A DNA stretch of 44,676 bases from Thermoplasmata archaeon (GCA_030038895.1 JASHQX010000030.1:1-44676), one strand, 5' to 3'; positions 32,369 to 40,476 are shown, counted from the first letter of the stretch. Numbers and translations: made by a program. The notes: a model not told the origin generated them from the sequence alone.

Positions 32369-33316
32369 CTACCCCGGCCCCAGCTTGGAGAGGACTTGAA
32401 GGTCGGCCCGCACGGCCTGGACGCTCGCGGCGAACGCAGCCCGCTCTGCGGGAGTGAGCTCGACCTCGACGATTCGCTCGACGCCTCGGCGTCCGAGGAC
32501 CACCGGCACCCCGACGTAAACCCCCCGTTCGCCGAACTCCCCGTTGAGGTGTGCGGCGGCGGGAAGGAGCCGGTGCTCGTCGTTCGCGACCGCGCGAACG
32601 AGCTCGGCCTGGCTCGCGGTCGGGGCGTAGAAGGCACTTCCGCTTTTCAGGAGGCTGACGATCTCCCCCCCTCCCTGCTTCGTCCGTTCGACGATCGCAC
32701 CGAGGCGTTCGGGCGGGAGTAACCGGGAGAGCGGCACCCCCGAGACGCTGGTGAGAGACAGGATCGGGACCATCGTATCGCCGTGCGTGCCGAGCACGAA
32801 GCCCGTGACGTCGCGCGGGGCGACGTGGAGCGCTTCGGCCACGAACGTGCGGAACCGGGCGGTATCGAGCGTCCCAGACTCACCGAAGACCTGCTGCGGT
32901 GGAAGCTGGCTCACCTCTCGGAAAAAGTAGGTCATCACGTCGACCGGATTCGTGACGACGATTGAGATGGCCCTCGGCGCCTTCGTCCGAACGGCCTCGG
33001 CGTGCCCCCGGACGATCGCCGCATTCTTCTCAAGGAGGTCTGATCGGCTCATGCCGGGCTTGCGGGCGAGACCCGCGGTCTCCACGACCACGTCGGCGCC
33101 CTCGAGCGCGTCGAGCGAGGTGCCGCCTGTCACCTGGGTCGAAAACTCGAGGATCGGCGCAGACTCCTGAATGTCGAGCGCCTTCCCCTGCGGGAGGCCG
33201 TCGATGATGTCGACCAGTGCGACCTCCTCTGCAAGGTCCATCTCGGCGAGGCGCTGGGCGAGCGAACCCCCGATGTTCCCGGCGCCGAGCACAACGACCT
33301 TGTGAAGCGCGCTCAT
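32369..33316 (-). CDS. mdh: Malate dehydrogenase (LDH-like family)
   Basis: MSALHKVVVLGAGNIGGSLA..., ETAGLARKPGMSRSDLL, GTHGDTMVP. GGAGGT lies 4 nt before ATG 33316. The track ORF (to 33580) is an artefact extension. Confidence 0.9.
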   Translation of the reverse strand: MSALHKVVVLGAGNIGGSLAQRLAEMDLAEEVALVDIIDGLPQGKALDIQESAPILEFSTQVTGGTSLDALEGADVVVETAGLARKPGMSRSDLLEKNAAIVRGHAEAVRTKAPRAISIVVTNPVDVMTYFFREVSQLPPQQVFGESGTLDTARFRTFVAEALHVAPRDVTGFVLGTHGDTMVPILSLTSVSGVPLSRLLPPERLGAIVERTKQGGGEIVSLLKSGSAFYAPTASQAELVRAVANDEHRLLPAAAHLNGEFGERGVYVGVPVVLGRRGVERIVEVELTPAERAAFAASVQAVRADLQVLSKLGPG

Positions 33317-33429
33317 CCGACCTCCGGTCGGACCTACCCCTCTCAGGCTTAAGGGTCTCTCCCTCTCTGCGCCAAAGGGGCCTCCGGTCGGCCGAAAGGT
33401 TGATTCGGCTTTTCGCCGTCCTTCGCGAC

Positions 33430-33675
33430 ATGGTCGACGTCGACTCCGTGCTCCTGAGTGTTCAGGAGCGGGACAAGTGGCGGCGCCGGATGGAGCTGCT
33501 CGAGCGCTCGCTCCGGGACGTCCGCGAGCGCCGCCACCGGCTCGAGATCCGGCTGCGGCGCATCCGCAAGGACCTCGCACGCCTCAGGGTTACGGCCGAC
33601 GCCCTCCTCGACCTTGCGCGGAGCCAGGCGCCCCGCAACGTGCAACATGGCCAGGCCACTCTCCCTCTCCGGTAA
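33430..33675 (+). CDS. Small (81 aa) Arg-rich coiled-coil protein, hypothetical
   Basis: MVDVDSVLLSVQERDKWRRRMELLERSLRDVRERRHRLEIRLRRIRKDLARLRV... It shows a heptad-like Leu/Ile spacing and high GC3. Confidence 0.4.
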   Translation: MVDVDSVLLSVQERDKWRRRMELLERSLRDVRERRHRLEIRLRRIRKDLARLRVTADALLDLARSQAPRNVQHGQATLPLR

Positions 33676-33871
33676 GCAGGAGACGCTGCTCGCGACCCAA
33701 CGCGAGATCGCCTCCGAGCTCGTTCGGTTGCGCCGCGAGGAAGAGTACCTGTCCCTCAAGGTGCGGCAGGCCCGCGAGCAGGTCCGCTATTACGAGGGGA
33801 TGCTCGAGCTCCTCCGCCGCGACTGGGGAAAGACGCCCGGTCTCACCGACCTCGTCCGTAGGCTCGGCTGA
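33647..33871 (+). CDS. Small (74 aa) coiled-coil protein, hypothetical
   Basis: MARPLSLSGKQETLLATQREIASELVRLRREEEYLSLKVRQAREQVRYYEGMLELLRRDWG... It overlaps the previous ORF by 29 nt and ends 7 nt before the panE GTG. Confidence 0.4.
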   Translation: MARPLSLSGKQETLLATQREIASELVRLRREEEYLSLKVRQAREQVRYYEGMLELLRRDWGKTPGLTDLVRRLG

Positions 33872-33878
33872 TCCTACC

Positions 33879-34835
33879 GTGAGGATCGCGGTCGTCGGTG
33901 CGGGGGCGGTCGGCTCCCTTTTCGGCGCCGGCCTGGCGCGGGCCGGCCACTCGGTTCTGCTCGTCGGACGCCCGGCCCTTGTCGCGGCCGTCCGGGATCG
34001 CGGTCTGCTGGTCCTCGGCTCCGGGGAGGCGGTCTACCATCTGGACGCAACCTCCCAGATCGAATTCCGAGAGCCATACCCCGAAGCGGCGCTGTTGACC
34101 GTCAAGACGTTCGATCTGGAAAGCGCAGCCGAAAGCGTCGCTCGCGCCCTGCCGCGCCCGGTCCCGCTCCTCCTGCCTCAGAACGGACTCGGCGTCGAGC
34201 GGAAGGCCAGTGCCGCTCTGGTCCGGGGGGGCTGGAACGATCCCACTCCCTGGTCGGTGCGTGCGGTTCATTCGGTCCCGGCCACGCTCGTCGCACCCGG
34301 GGTCGTACGCGTGGCCGGGTCCGGAGAGGTCGTCCTGCCCGACCCCGCCGCGGCCGGGCCGTCCGCGCCCCGGATCGAGCTCTTCCGTGACCTACTTCGA
34401 GCGGCCGGCTTCACAGTCCGAACGCCGTTGGACTTCGAGCGCGAGGTATGGCGGAAGGCGCTCGTCAACGCCGCTATCAATCCCCTCACAGCCGTCCTCG
34501 GCGTCCGGAATGGAGAGTTGCTCGTCGGGGAAACCCGTACCCGGGCCCTTTCACTGCTCACCGAAGCGCGGAGGGCCGCCCAAGCCGCGGGATTTACCTT
34601 CTCAGAAGAGGAGGTGGTCGCAGACTTCGAGCGGGTCGCCCGGGCGACGGCGCAGAATCGCTCGAGCATGCTTCAGGACCTCGACCGGGGCCGCCCGACC
34701 GAGATCGACGCCATCTCGGGCGAAATCCTGCGTGTCGCGTCGGAACGCGGTGTCGACCTCCCCGCGACGCGGGTGATCGTTGACGAGGTTCGTCGCCGGG
34801 TAGAAGAAAGGTCGAGAGGTCCACAACCCTCTTAG
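33879..34835 (+). CDS. panE: 2-dehydropantoate 2-reductase (ketopantoate reductase)
   Basis: (M)RIAVVGAGAVGSLFGAGLARAGHSVLLVGR...NRSSMLQDLDRGRPTEIDAISG. GTG 33879. The track ORF (from 33477) is an extension. Confidence 0.8.
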   Translation: MRIAVVGAGAVGSLFGAGLARAGHSVLLVGRPALVAAVRDRGLLVLGSGEAVYHLDATSQIEFREPYPEAALLTVKTFDLESAAESVARALPRPVPLLLPQNGLGVERKASAALVRGGWNDPTPWSVRAVHSVPATLVAPGVVRVAGSGEVVLPDPAAAGPSAPRIELFRDLLRAAGFTVRTPLDFEREVWRKALVNAAINPLTAVLGVRNGELLVGETRTRALSLLTEARRAAQAAGFTFSEEEVVADFERVARATAQNRSSMLQDLDRGRPTEIDAISGEILRVASERGVDLPATRVIVDEVRRRVEERSRGPQPS

Positions 34836-34858
34836 CGCCCGGGACATCGTTGGATCCG

Positions 34859-36040
34859 ATGACGGCAAAACGCGACGTCGGCTCCGCGCCGGTTCGGGGC
34901 CGCCGGGTCCTCGTCCGGGTCGACTTCAACGTGCCCCAGGACGCGAATGGACAGGTCGCGGACGATCGGCGGATCGTGGAGGCGATGCCGACCCTGAACC
35001 ACCTGCGTGCCTCGGGGGCGCGGACGATTCTCCTGACGCACCTGGGCCGTCCGGGGGGCCACCCGGACCCCCGCTTCTCCCTGCGGCCCGTCGTCCACCG
35101 GTTCAGCGCGATCCTGGGCCAGCCGGTCCCGCTCGCGGAGGATATCATCGGGTACAAGGCCCTCGAGATGTCCGCGCGGCTCGAGAACGGGCAGTTTCTG
35201 ATGCTCGAAAACCTTCGGTTCCATCCTGGCGAGGAGGCGAACGACCCCGGCTTTGCCTCGCAGCTCGCGCACCTCGGCGAGGTCTTCGTCGAGGACGCGT
35301 TCGGCACGGTCCACCGGGCCCATGCTTCGACGGTGGGGGTACCGAGGCGACTCCCGTCGTTCGCCGGGTTCCTCGTCGAGCGGGAGGTCCGTGAGCTCTC
35401 TAGGCTGATCGACGAACCCGAGCGCCCCTACCACGTCGTGCTCGGCGGGGCGAAGGTCGCGGACAAGCTTCCCCTGCTTTCGAGCTTTCTGGGGCGCGCC
35501 GACGCGGTCCTGATCGGGGGGGCGCTCGCCTTTCCGTTTCTTGCTGCCCAAGGGAACCGGCTCGGTGCGACGAAAGTCGAGGCGGGACTCGAGAAGGCGG
35601 TGGACGAGTTCCTCTCGGCCGCCGAAGGAGCCGGGACCGAGATCCTGCTGCCGGAGGACCTCGTGGTGGAGCGATCGGGATCAGCCGGGGTCGAGACGGC
35701 AGGGATCGACCATGTCCCGGCGGATGGGATCGCGCAGGACATCGGGCCGGCGACCCGCGCCCGCTTCGCCGGACGCCTCGCGGAGTCGCACACCGTTTTC
35801 TGGAACGGCCCGCTCGGCCGCGCGGAGGACACCCGCTTCGCCGAAGGGACGCGGGAGGTCCTCGCGCGCCTCGGATCGGTCACCGGCTATCACGTCGCGG
35901 CCGGCGGAGACTCCGCCCGGATCGCCCAGGACCTCGGCGTCACAGGTAGCTTCCAGTTCATCTCGACGGGGGGCGGCGCGGCGCTCGAGTTCGTCCAGGG
36001 GCTCGAGCTGCCTGGCCTGGCCGTCCTCCCCGACGCGTAG
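34859..36040 (+). CDS. pgk: Phosphoglycerate kinase
   Basis: RVLVRVDFNVPQD...ILLTHLGRPGG...FLMLENLRFHPGEE...ISTGGGAALEF. ATG 34859 (TTG 34850 in the track). Confidence 0.9.
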   Translation: MTAKRDVGSAPVRGRRVLVRVDFNVPQDANGQVADDRRIVEAMPTLNHLRASGARTILLTHLGRPGGHPDPRFSLRPVVHRFSAILGQPVPLAEDIIGYKALEMSARLENGQFLMLENLRFHPGEEANDPGFASQLAHLGEVFVEDAFGTVHRAHASTVGVPRRLPSFAGFLVEREVRELSRLIDEPERPYHVVLGGAKVADKLPLLSSFLGRADAVLIGGALAFPFLAAQGNRLGATKVEAGLEKAVDEFLSAAEGAGTEILLPEDLVVERSGSAGVETAGIDHVPADGIAQDIGPATRARFAGRLAESHTVFWNGPLGRAEDTRFAEGTREVLARLGSVTGYHVAAGGDSARIAQDLGVTGSFQFISTGGGAALEFVQGLELPGLAVLPDA

Positions 36041-36419
36041 GGCGCGTTCGGACGCGCGGCCCGGCCCCGGATGCGCCGAGGGTCGATCCGAGGTACGCAA
36101 GGTACCGATCGTTCCCCCGCGGCACGTCGATCTCGACGACCTCGGGGGTCTCGTACGGGTGGGTCCTTTCGAGGAACGCCAGGAGCGCTCCCACCTGCTT
36201 CGGCACGGTCTTGAACAGCACGAGCGACTCCTCGGCGGACTCGAGTTTTCCCCTCCACCAGTAGCGCGATTCGACCGGGACAAAGTTTGCGCACGCCGCG
36301 AGCCGCCGGCCGAGGACCGAGTCGACCGCGCGGCGCGCGGCGGCTCGAGAGGGATACGTCGTCAGGACGAGCCGCATCGGCCCTACCGCCCGGACCGGGT
36401 CGAGCGGGTACGGGCTCAT
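35958..36419 (-). CDS. cutA: Divalent-cation tolerance protein CutA
   Basis: MRLVLTTYPSRAAARRAVDSVLGRRLAACANFVPVESRYWWRGKLE...HPYETPEVVEIDV. ATG 36419 overlaps the polB stop (ATGA). A ~45-aa Arg/Pro/Gly tail overlaps the 3' end of pgk. Confidence 0.75.
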   Translation of the reverse strand: MSPYPLDPVRAVGPMRLVLTTYPSRAAARRAVDSVLGRRLAACANFVPVESRYWWRGKLESAEESLVLFKTVPKQVGALLAFLERTHPYETPEVVEIDVPRGNDRYLAYLGSTLGASGAGPRVRTRPTRRGGRPGQAARAPGRTRAPRRPPSR

Positions 36420-37936
36420 GTCGGGACGGCCGCGAAGGTTGCCGTGCCGGTCGAGAAGTCGCCGGTGAAGAGCCCGAGCGTCGAGAGGTCCACGACCGCG
36501 GCGCGCGCCGGCACGGGGGAGATGTTGCGCATCCGCTGATACTCGGTCTCGGCCTGCCAGGTCGAGGCGTTGAGGAGCAGCACCCCGCGGTACCGGTCGA
36601 CCCCGTAGGTGTGTGCGTGGCCCGTGACGAGGATATCGGGGGCGGGGTCGATCACGAGTCCGTCCCGCGGGAGCGGGGCGAGAGGGGTCCGGTCCCCGTA
36701 GATCGGGGCGAGGTGCCGCATCTGGAGCATCCGCTTCATCACTTCGGTCGGCCGCGCGTAGGACGCCCCGGGGATCGCCGGGATGAGGTCGTCGAAGCTG
36801 CGACCGTGGTACGCCTCCACCACGACGCCTTCGAGGGCGAAGGCGGACGGATTGGCGAGAACGCGGACGTTCGGGGGCAGGTGCGTCGCGAGGCTCGAGG
36901 GAAGCGTCGGCTGGGGCTCGGCCGGGCATACCGCGTCGTGGTTGCCGGGGATCGCGACCACGTTCAGACGCTCGGGAAGCTCGGAAAGCCGCCGGCCGAG
37001 CTCGACGTACTGCTCGACGACGTCGGAGATCGCGAGGTCGCGTTCCTGCCGGGGGTAGACCCCGATCCCGTCGACGAGGTCGCCGGCGATAACGACATGA
37101 TCGATCGACGCGGCGAGCCATGGCTCGGGACCCTGACCGCGGAGGAACTCCGTGAGGGCCTTCCAGGGCTCGAGGAGGAACGATCGAGAGCCCACGTGGA
37201 GGTCGGAGAGGAAGATGGCGCGCCGCCCTCTCGGAGCCCGACCGACCGCGCGGTGCACGGGGATGTCCGGCCGCTCGATATTCACGACCCGGGGAAGGCG
37301 GCCCGCGTCCTTGGCGAACGAAAGGTGGACCCCCACGACCTCGTCGGGGAGGATCGCGACACGCGCGCCGGGCGAGCCTTTCGGAACCAGGACCTCGACG
37401 GATCCGGTGTCGTCGTCGACCGTCAGGATCAGATGATGACGTTGGGGGGTCTCCCGCACGTCGCGGACCATCCCGATGATGGAGGCCCCGCCCTCTGAGG
37501 CCCGAAGGTCCTTGATCGGCCGTAGGTTCGGAAGCTGCGGACGGCCCCTCATGAGCCGGGCGAGGGCACGGTACCGGGAGTGGAAGAGCGCCTGGTATGC
37601 CGCGTGCGGCTGGCTCGCGACCGGGGGCCCGACGAATCCCTCCTGCACGAGTTCGAACGGAGAGGGGCTGGGAAGCGCGTGCCGGGCGAGCTCCGCGGTC
37701 GGCGCGGCCCCGACGGCCGGCGTGCGGCGGAGAGCGAGGACCGCCTCGACCATCTCCCGCGTGACGACGGGCGAGCCGTCCACCGAATTCTCGACCAGCT
37801 CCTGGGACAGTACGAGTGGCTGATGATCGTCGAGAAGGAGCTGGAGAGCACCGGCCTCGACCAGCTTGTGATGCTCTTCGAAGAAGTGGACCAGGTGCTC
37901 GCGCAGATCGCCGGCCACTCTCCTCCTCCGGACCAA
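36416..37936 (-). CDS. polB: DNA polymerase II (PolD) small subunit DP1
   Basis: Calcineurin-like phosphoesterase motifs IFLSDLHVGS, VIAGDLVDGIGVYP, AIPGNHDA and LVTGHAHT, plus an OB-fold region. Start is TTG 37936 or GTG 37918. Confidence 0.85.
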   Translation of the reverse strand: MVRRRRVAGDLREHLVHFFEEHHKLVEAGALQLLLDDHQPLVLSQELVENSVDGSPVVTREMVEAVLALRRTPAVGAAPTAELARHALPSPSPFELVQEGFVGPPVASQPHAAYQALFHSRYRALARLMRGRPQLPNLRPIKDLRASEGGASIIGMVRDVRETPQRHHLILTVDDDTGSVEVLVPKGSPGARVAILPDEVVGVHLSFAKDAGRLPRVVNIERPDIPVHRAVGRAPRGRRAIFLSDLHVGSRSFLLEPWKALTEFLRGQGPEPWLAASIDHVVIAGDLVDGIGVYPRQERDLAISDVVEQYVELGRRLSELPERLNVVAIPGNHDAVCPAEPQPTLPSSLATHLPPNVRVLANPSAFALEGVVVEAYHGRSFDDLIPAIPGASYARPTEVMKRMLQMRHLAPIYGDRTPLAPLPRDGLVIDPAPDILVTGHAHTYGVDRYRGVLLLNASTWQAETEYQRMRNISPVPARAAVVDLSTLGLFTGDFSTGTATFAAVPT

Positions 37937-38046
37937 GACCCGGGAGGCCCCCGAGAGGGCCCGAGCTCGGGTCGCTGGGGCGCGAAGATGTCCCGAGTTA
38001 TTTCAACCTTCGTCGGCCAGCGTGGGTCCGGCGGGCCCGACGGGGC

Positions 38047-38730
38047 TCAGCGGTACGATTCCTTCGCGTACGACGCACCCTTGGGGTACTTCTCTTTCAA
38101 GTGCGCGACAAACGACTCCGGCGTCCGTTCGAGGTGCGCGGCGTACCACTGTACGACCACGTCCTTGAGGATCCGGTGGAGCTCGCCGACGCTGACGGAC
38201 TCCTCGGCAGCATCGTAGAGGACCGCCTGGCTCATCATCCGCATCCAGCCGGAGTAGCGGTGGTAGCTCTCGCCGTCGCACCACTCGAAGATCCCGCGCA
38301 GCCGCGGCTTCCCTTCGGGAGTGCGGTAGTACCAGAACCGCATCGTGAACCCGACCCATCCGGCGGAACGATCGTTGAGCTCAATCGTCTTGACGGCGCC
38401 GAAGTCGAAGTTGTCCTTGAACGTCCATTTCGTCGGATACTCCGCAAATGTCGCGAAGAGGGTCTGAGAGGGGTCGATCGTGAGGTGGACCCCGATGTCC
38501 TCGAACTGGTTGTGGACCTCCCATAGATCCTGCAGGAGGCGGCGGTTGAGCTCGGCGCGCTCGCTCAGGTCCTCCCCGGTCTTGGCCCCGGCGACCTTCT
38601 GCGTGTGCGCGAGCTCGGACTTGAGCGAACTGACGAAGTCGTCGTCCGCGAGCGGCGGCTCCGGCGACGGGGTTCCGGGTTCGGGAACGTCCGCGACCAA
38701 CTCGGCCTTCCGAGCCGTACGACGAGGCAT
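38047..38730 (-). CDS. Hypothetical protein (227 aa), Trp/Tyr-rich globular C-domain
   Basis: MPRRTARKAELVADVPEP... is followed by ...WTFKDNFDFGAVKTIELNDRSAGWVGFTMRFWYYRTPEGKPRLRGIFEWCDGESYHRYSGWMRMM... ATG 38730 with TTAATAC about 35 nt upstream. I recognise no family. Confidence 0.55.
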   Translation of the reverse strand: MPRRTARKAELVADVPEPGTPSPEPPLADDDFVSSLKSELAHTQKVAGAKTGEDLSERAELNRRLLQDLWEVHNQFEDIGVHLTIDPSQTLFATFAEYPTKWTFKDNFDFGAVKTIELNDRSAGWVGFTMRFWYYRTPEGKPRLRGIFEWCDGESYHRYSGWMRMMSQAVLYDAAEESVSVGELHRILKDVVVQWYAAHLERTPESFVAHLKEKYPKGASYAKESYR

Positions 38731-38784
38731 GAGAACAATCCTCGGGGCCGCGTAGAGGGGCCGGGTATTAAGACTGTAGCGGCG

Positions 38785-38831
38785 GAGTGGCGAGAAATCC
38801 CTCGGCGACCGGCGCGCCGGACTCGCCACTT
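38785..38831. repeat. Inverted repeat (9-10 bp arms) enclosing the 12-nt palindrome CCGGCGCGCCGG
   Basis: gagtggcgag (38785-38794) pairs with ctcgccactt (38822-38831). It lies in the 340-nt non-coding gap. Confidence 0.6.
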
Positions 38832-38872
38832 CCCGGCCCGCCCTCCCGCTTAAATACCCTCCCCGGCTCATC

Positions 38873-38915
38873 GGGAGTGGAAAGACCCTCCGGGGACGGA
38901 AGGAGGTTGACTCCC
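38873..38915 (+). ncRNA. Nested stem-loop, candidate structured RNA or 5' leader element
   Basis: GGGAGU-GGAAAGAC-CCUCC-GGGGACGGAA-GGAGG-UUG-ACUCCC, starting about 15 nt downstream of a TTAAATA box (38850-38856). This rests on hand folding only. Confidence 0.2.
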
Positions 38916-39071
38916 GACGTCGCTAGGAGATCCGGAATCACGACTCATGTTCCGCCGCCTCCTCTGTCGTAGGCTCCGCGCATCGTCCGGCGACACCGGG
39001 TCCGCCTAGTTCCTTCCCGGCGACGGGCTCCCGCCCGCGGGTGCTTTCCGTCAACAGGAAACCAAAGAGCC

Positions 39072-40403
39072 ATGACGAACGACCCCAGCGCCGCGAAATA
39101 CGAAGTACGAGCCCGCATCACCGCCGAAGGCGTCATCGACAAGCCAGACGTGGTCGGTGCGGTCTTTGGCCAGACCGAGGGACTGCTCGGCGACGAGCTG
39201 GACCTGAGAGACCTACAGAAATCCGGCCGTATCGGCCGGATCGAGGTCGAGATTGACAGCCGGAAAGGAAAGAGCGAAGGCGAGATCGTCATCCCGTCGT
39301 CGCTAGATCAGGTGGAGACCGCGATTCTCGCCTCCGGCCTCGAGACCGTCGACCGGATCGGTCCCTGTCGCGCCAAGATCGAAGTGATCAGCGTCGACGA
39401 CATCCGCATCACGAAGCGCCAGAAGGTCGTCGAGCGCGCGAAGGAGATCCTCGCCCGGCTCCAGGAGGAGTCGAAGGGCGTCGGCGTGGACCTCACCGAG
39501 GCGGTCCGCAAGGCCGTCCAGGTCGAGGAGATCACGACCTACGGGTCTGAACACCTCCCGGCCGGCCCCAACATCGACCAGGCGGACGCCCTGATCGTCG
39601 TCGAGGGCCGTTCCGACGTGCTGAACCTCCTCCGCTGCGGGATCAAGAACGTCATCGCGGTCGAGGGAACGAGCGTCCCCCAGACCGTGAAGGACCTCTC
39701 CCGCGGGAAGACGGTCACCGCGTTCACCGACGGCGACCGCGCCGGTGAGCTCATCCTCCGCGAGATGCTCCAGACGATGGACCTCGATTTCGTCGCGCGG
39801 GCACCTCGGGGCAGCGAGGTCGAGGAACTGACGCAGAAGCAGCTACTGAAGTGCCTACGGAACAAGATCCCGATCAACCAGTACCTCGAGATGAGCGGGT
39901 TCGAGTCGACCGGCGCGACCCGTGAGCCCCGCGAAGAGCGGAGCGAGGAGGGCGGGGGACGCCCCGACCGACGCGAGGAGCGGGGACCCGGAGGCCGGCG
40001 CGACGAGCGCGAGCGTGAGCGCCCGTTACCGCCGCGCGCGATGCCACCCGCTCCTGCCCCCGCGCCGTCGGCCCCTGCCGCGCCCCTCTCCCCCGAGCTT
40101 CAGCGGTACTTCGATCTCCTCGCGAGCGTCGAGAACGCCTCCAGGACCCTCGTCCTTGGGGAGAACGACGAGGTCGTCGCCGAGACACCCGTGAAGGACA
40201 TGATCGAGACGCTGAGCGGGCTTGCCGTTCCGGCGAAGACCATCGTCTTCGACGGGATTGTCAGCCAGCGCCTCCTCGACGTTGCCCAGGAGAAGGGAAT
40301 CGGACTCGTGGTCGCGACTCGTCTCGGCCCGATTGGGAAGATTCCGGACCAGGTCCGCGTCTACACCAAGGCCGACATCGCCCCCCCGGCCCCGGCGCGG
40401 TAA
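39072..40403 (+). CDS. dnaG: Archaeal DnaG-type primase (Toprim), exosome-associated family
   Basis: KYEVRARITAEGVIDKPDVVGAVFGQTEGLLGDELDLRDLQKSGRIGRIEV..., Toprim ALIVVEGRSDVLNL...AFTDGDRAGE. It contains an Arg/Glu/Pro low-complexity insert. Confidence 0.9.
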   Translation: MTNDPSAAKYEVRARITAEGVIDKPDVVGAVFGQTEGLLGDELDLRDLQKSGRIGRIEVEIDSRKGKSEGEIVIPSSLDQVETAILASGLETVDRIGPCRAKIEVISVDDIRITKRQKVVERAKEILARLQEESKGVGVDLTEAVRKAVQVEEITTYGSEHLPAGPNIDQADALIVVEGRSDVLNLLRCGIKNVIAVEGTSVPQTVKDLSRGKTVTAFTDGDRAGELILREMLQTMDLDFVARAPRGSEVEELTQKQLLKCLRNKIPINQYLEMSGFESTGATREPREERSEEGGGRPDRREERGPGGRRDERERERPLPPRAMPPAPAPAPSAPAAPLSPELQRYFDLLASVENASRTLVLGENDEVVAETPVKDMIETLSGLAVPAKTIVFDGIVSQRLLDVAQEKGIGLVVATRLGPIGKIPDQVRVYTKADIAPPAPAR

Positions 40404-40448
40404 CCGCGTGCTGGCGAGAACTCGAGCCGGCCCCGGGCGCTCCAAGAG

Positions 40449-40456
40449 ACTATAAC
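40449..40456 (+). promoter_or_regulatory. TATA-like box (ACTATAAC)
   Basis: It ends 21 nt before ATG 40477, giving leaderless geometry. Confidence 0.35.
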
Positions 40457-40476
40457 CCGAGGTCTCGCTCACTAGG

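Noticed and set aside
36420-37121. The upstream part of the 387-aa minus-strand track ORF 35958..37121.
   Set aside because: Only the last 153 codons are CutA. The rest is out of frame within the PolD small-subunit gene and Arg/Pro-rich.
38731-38871. Longer version of the hypothetical gene, starting at 38871 (MSRGGYLSGRAGREV...).
   Set aside because: The extension is Arg/Ser/Pro-rich and would run through the TTAATAC promoter-like box. The internal ATG 38730 fits the promoter geometry.
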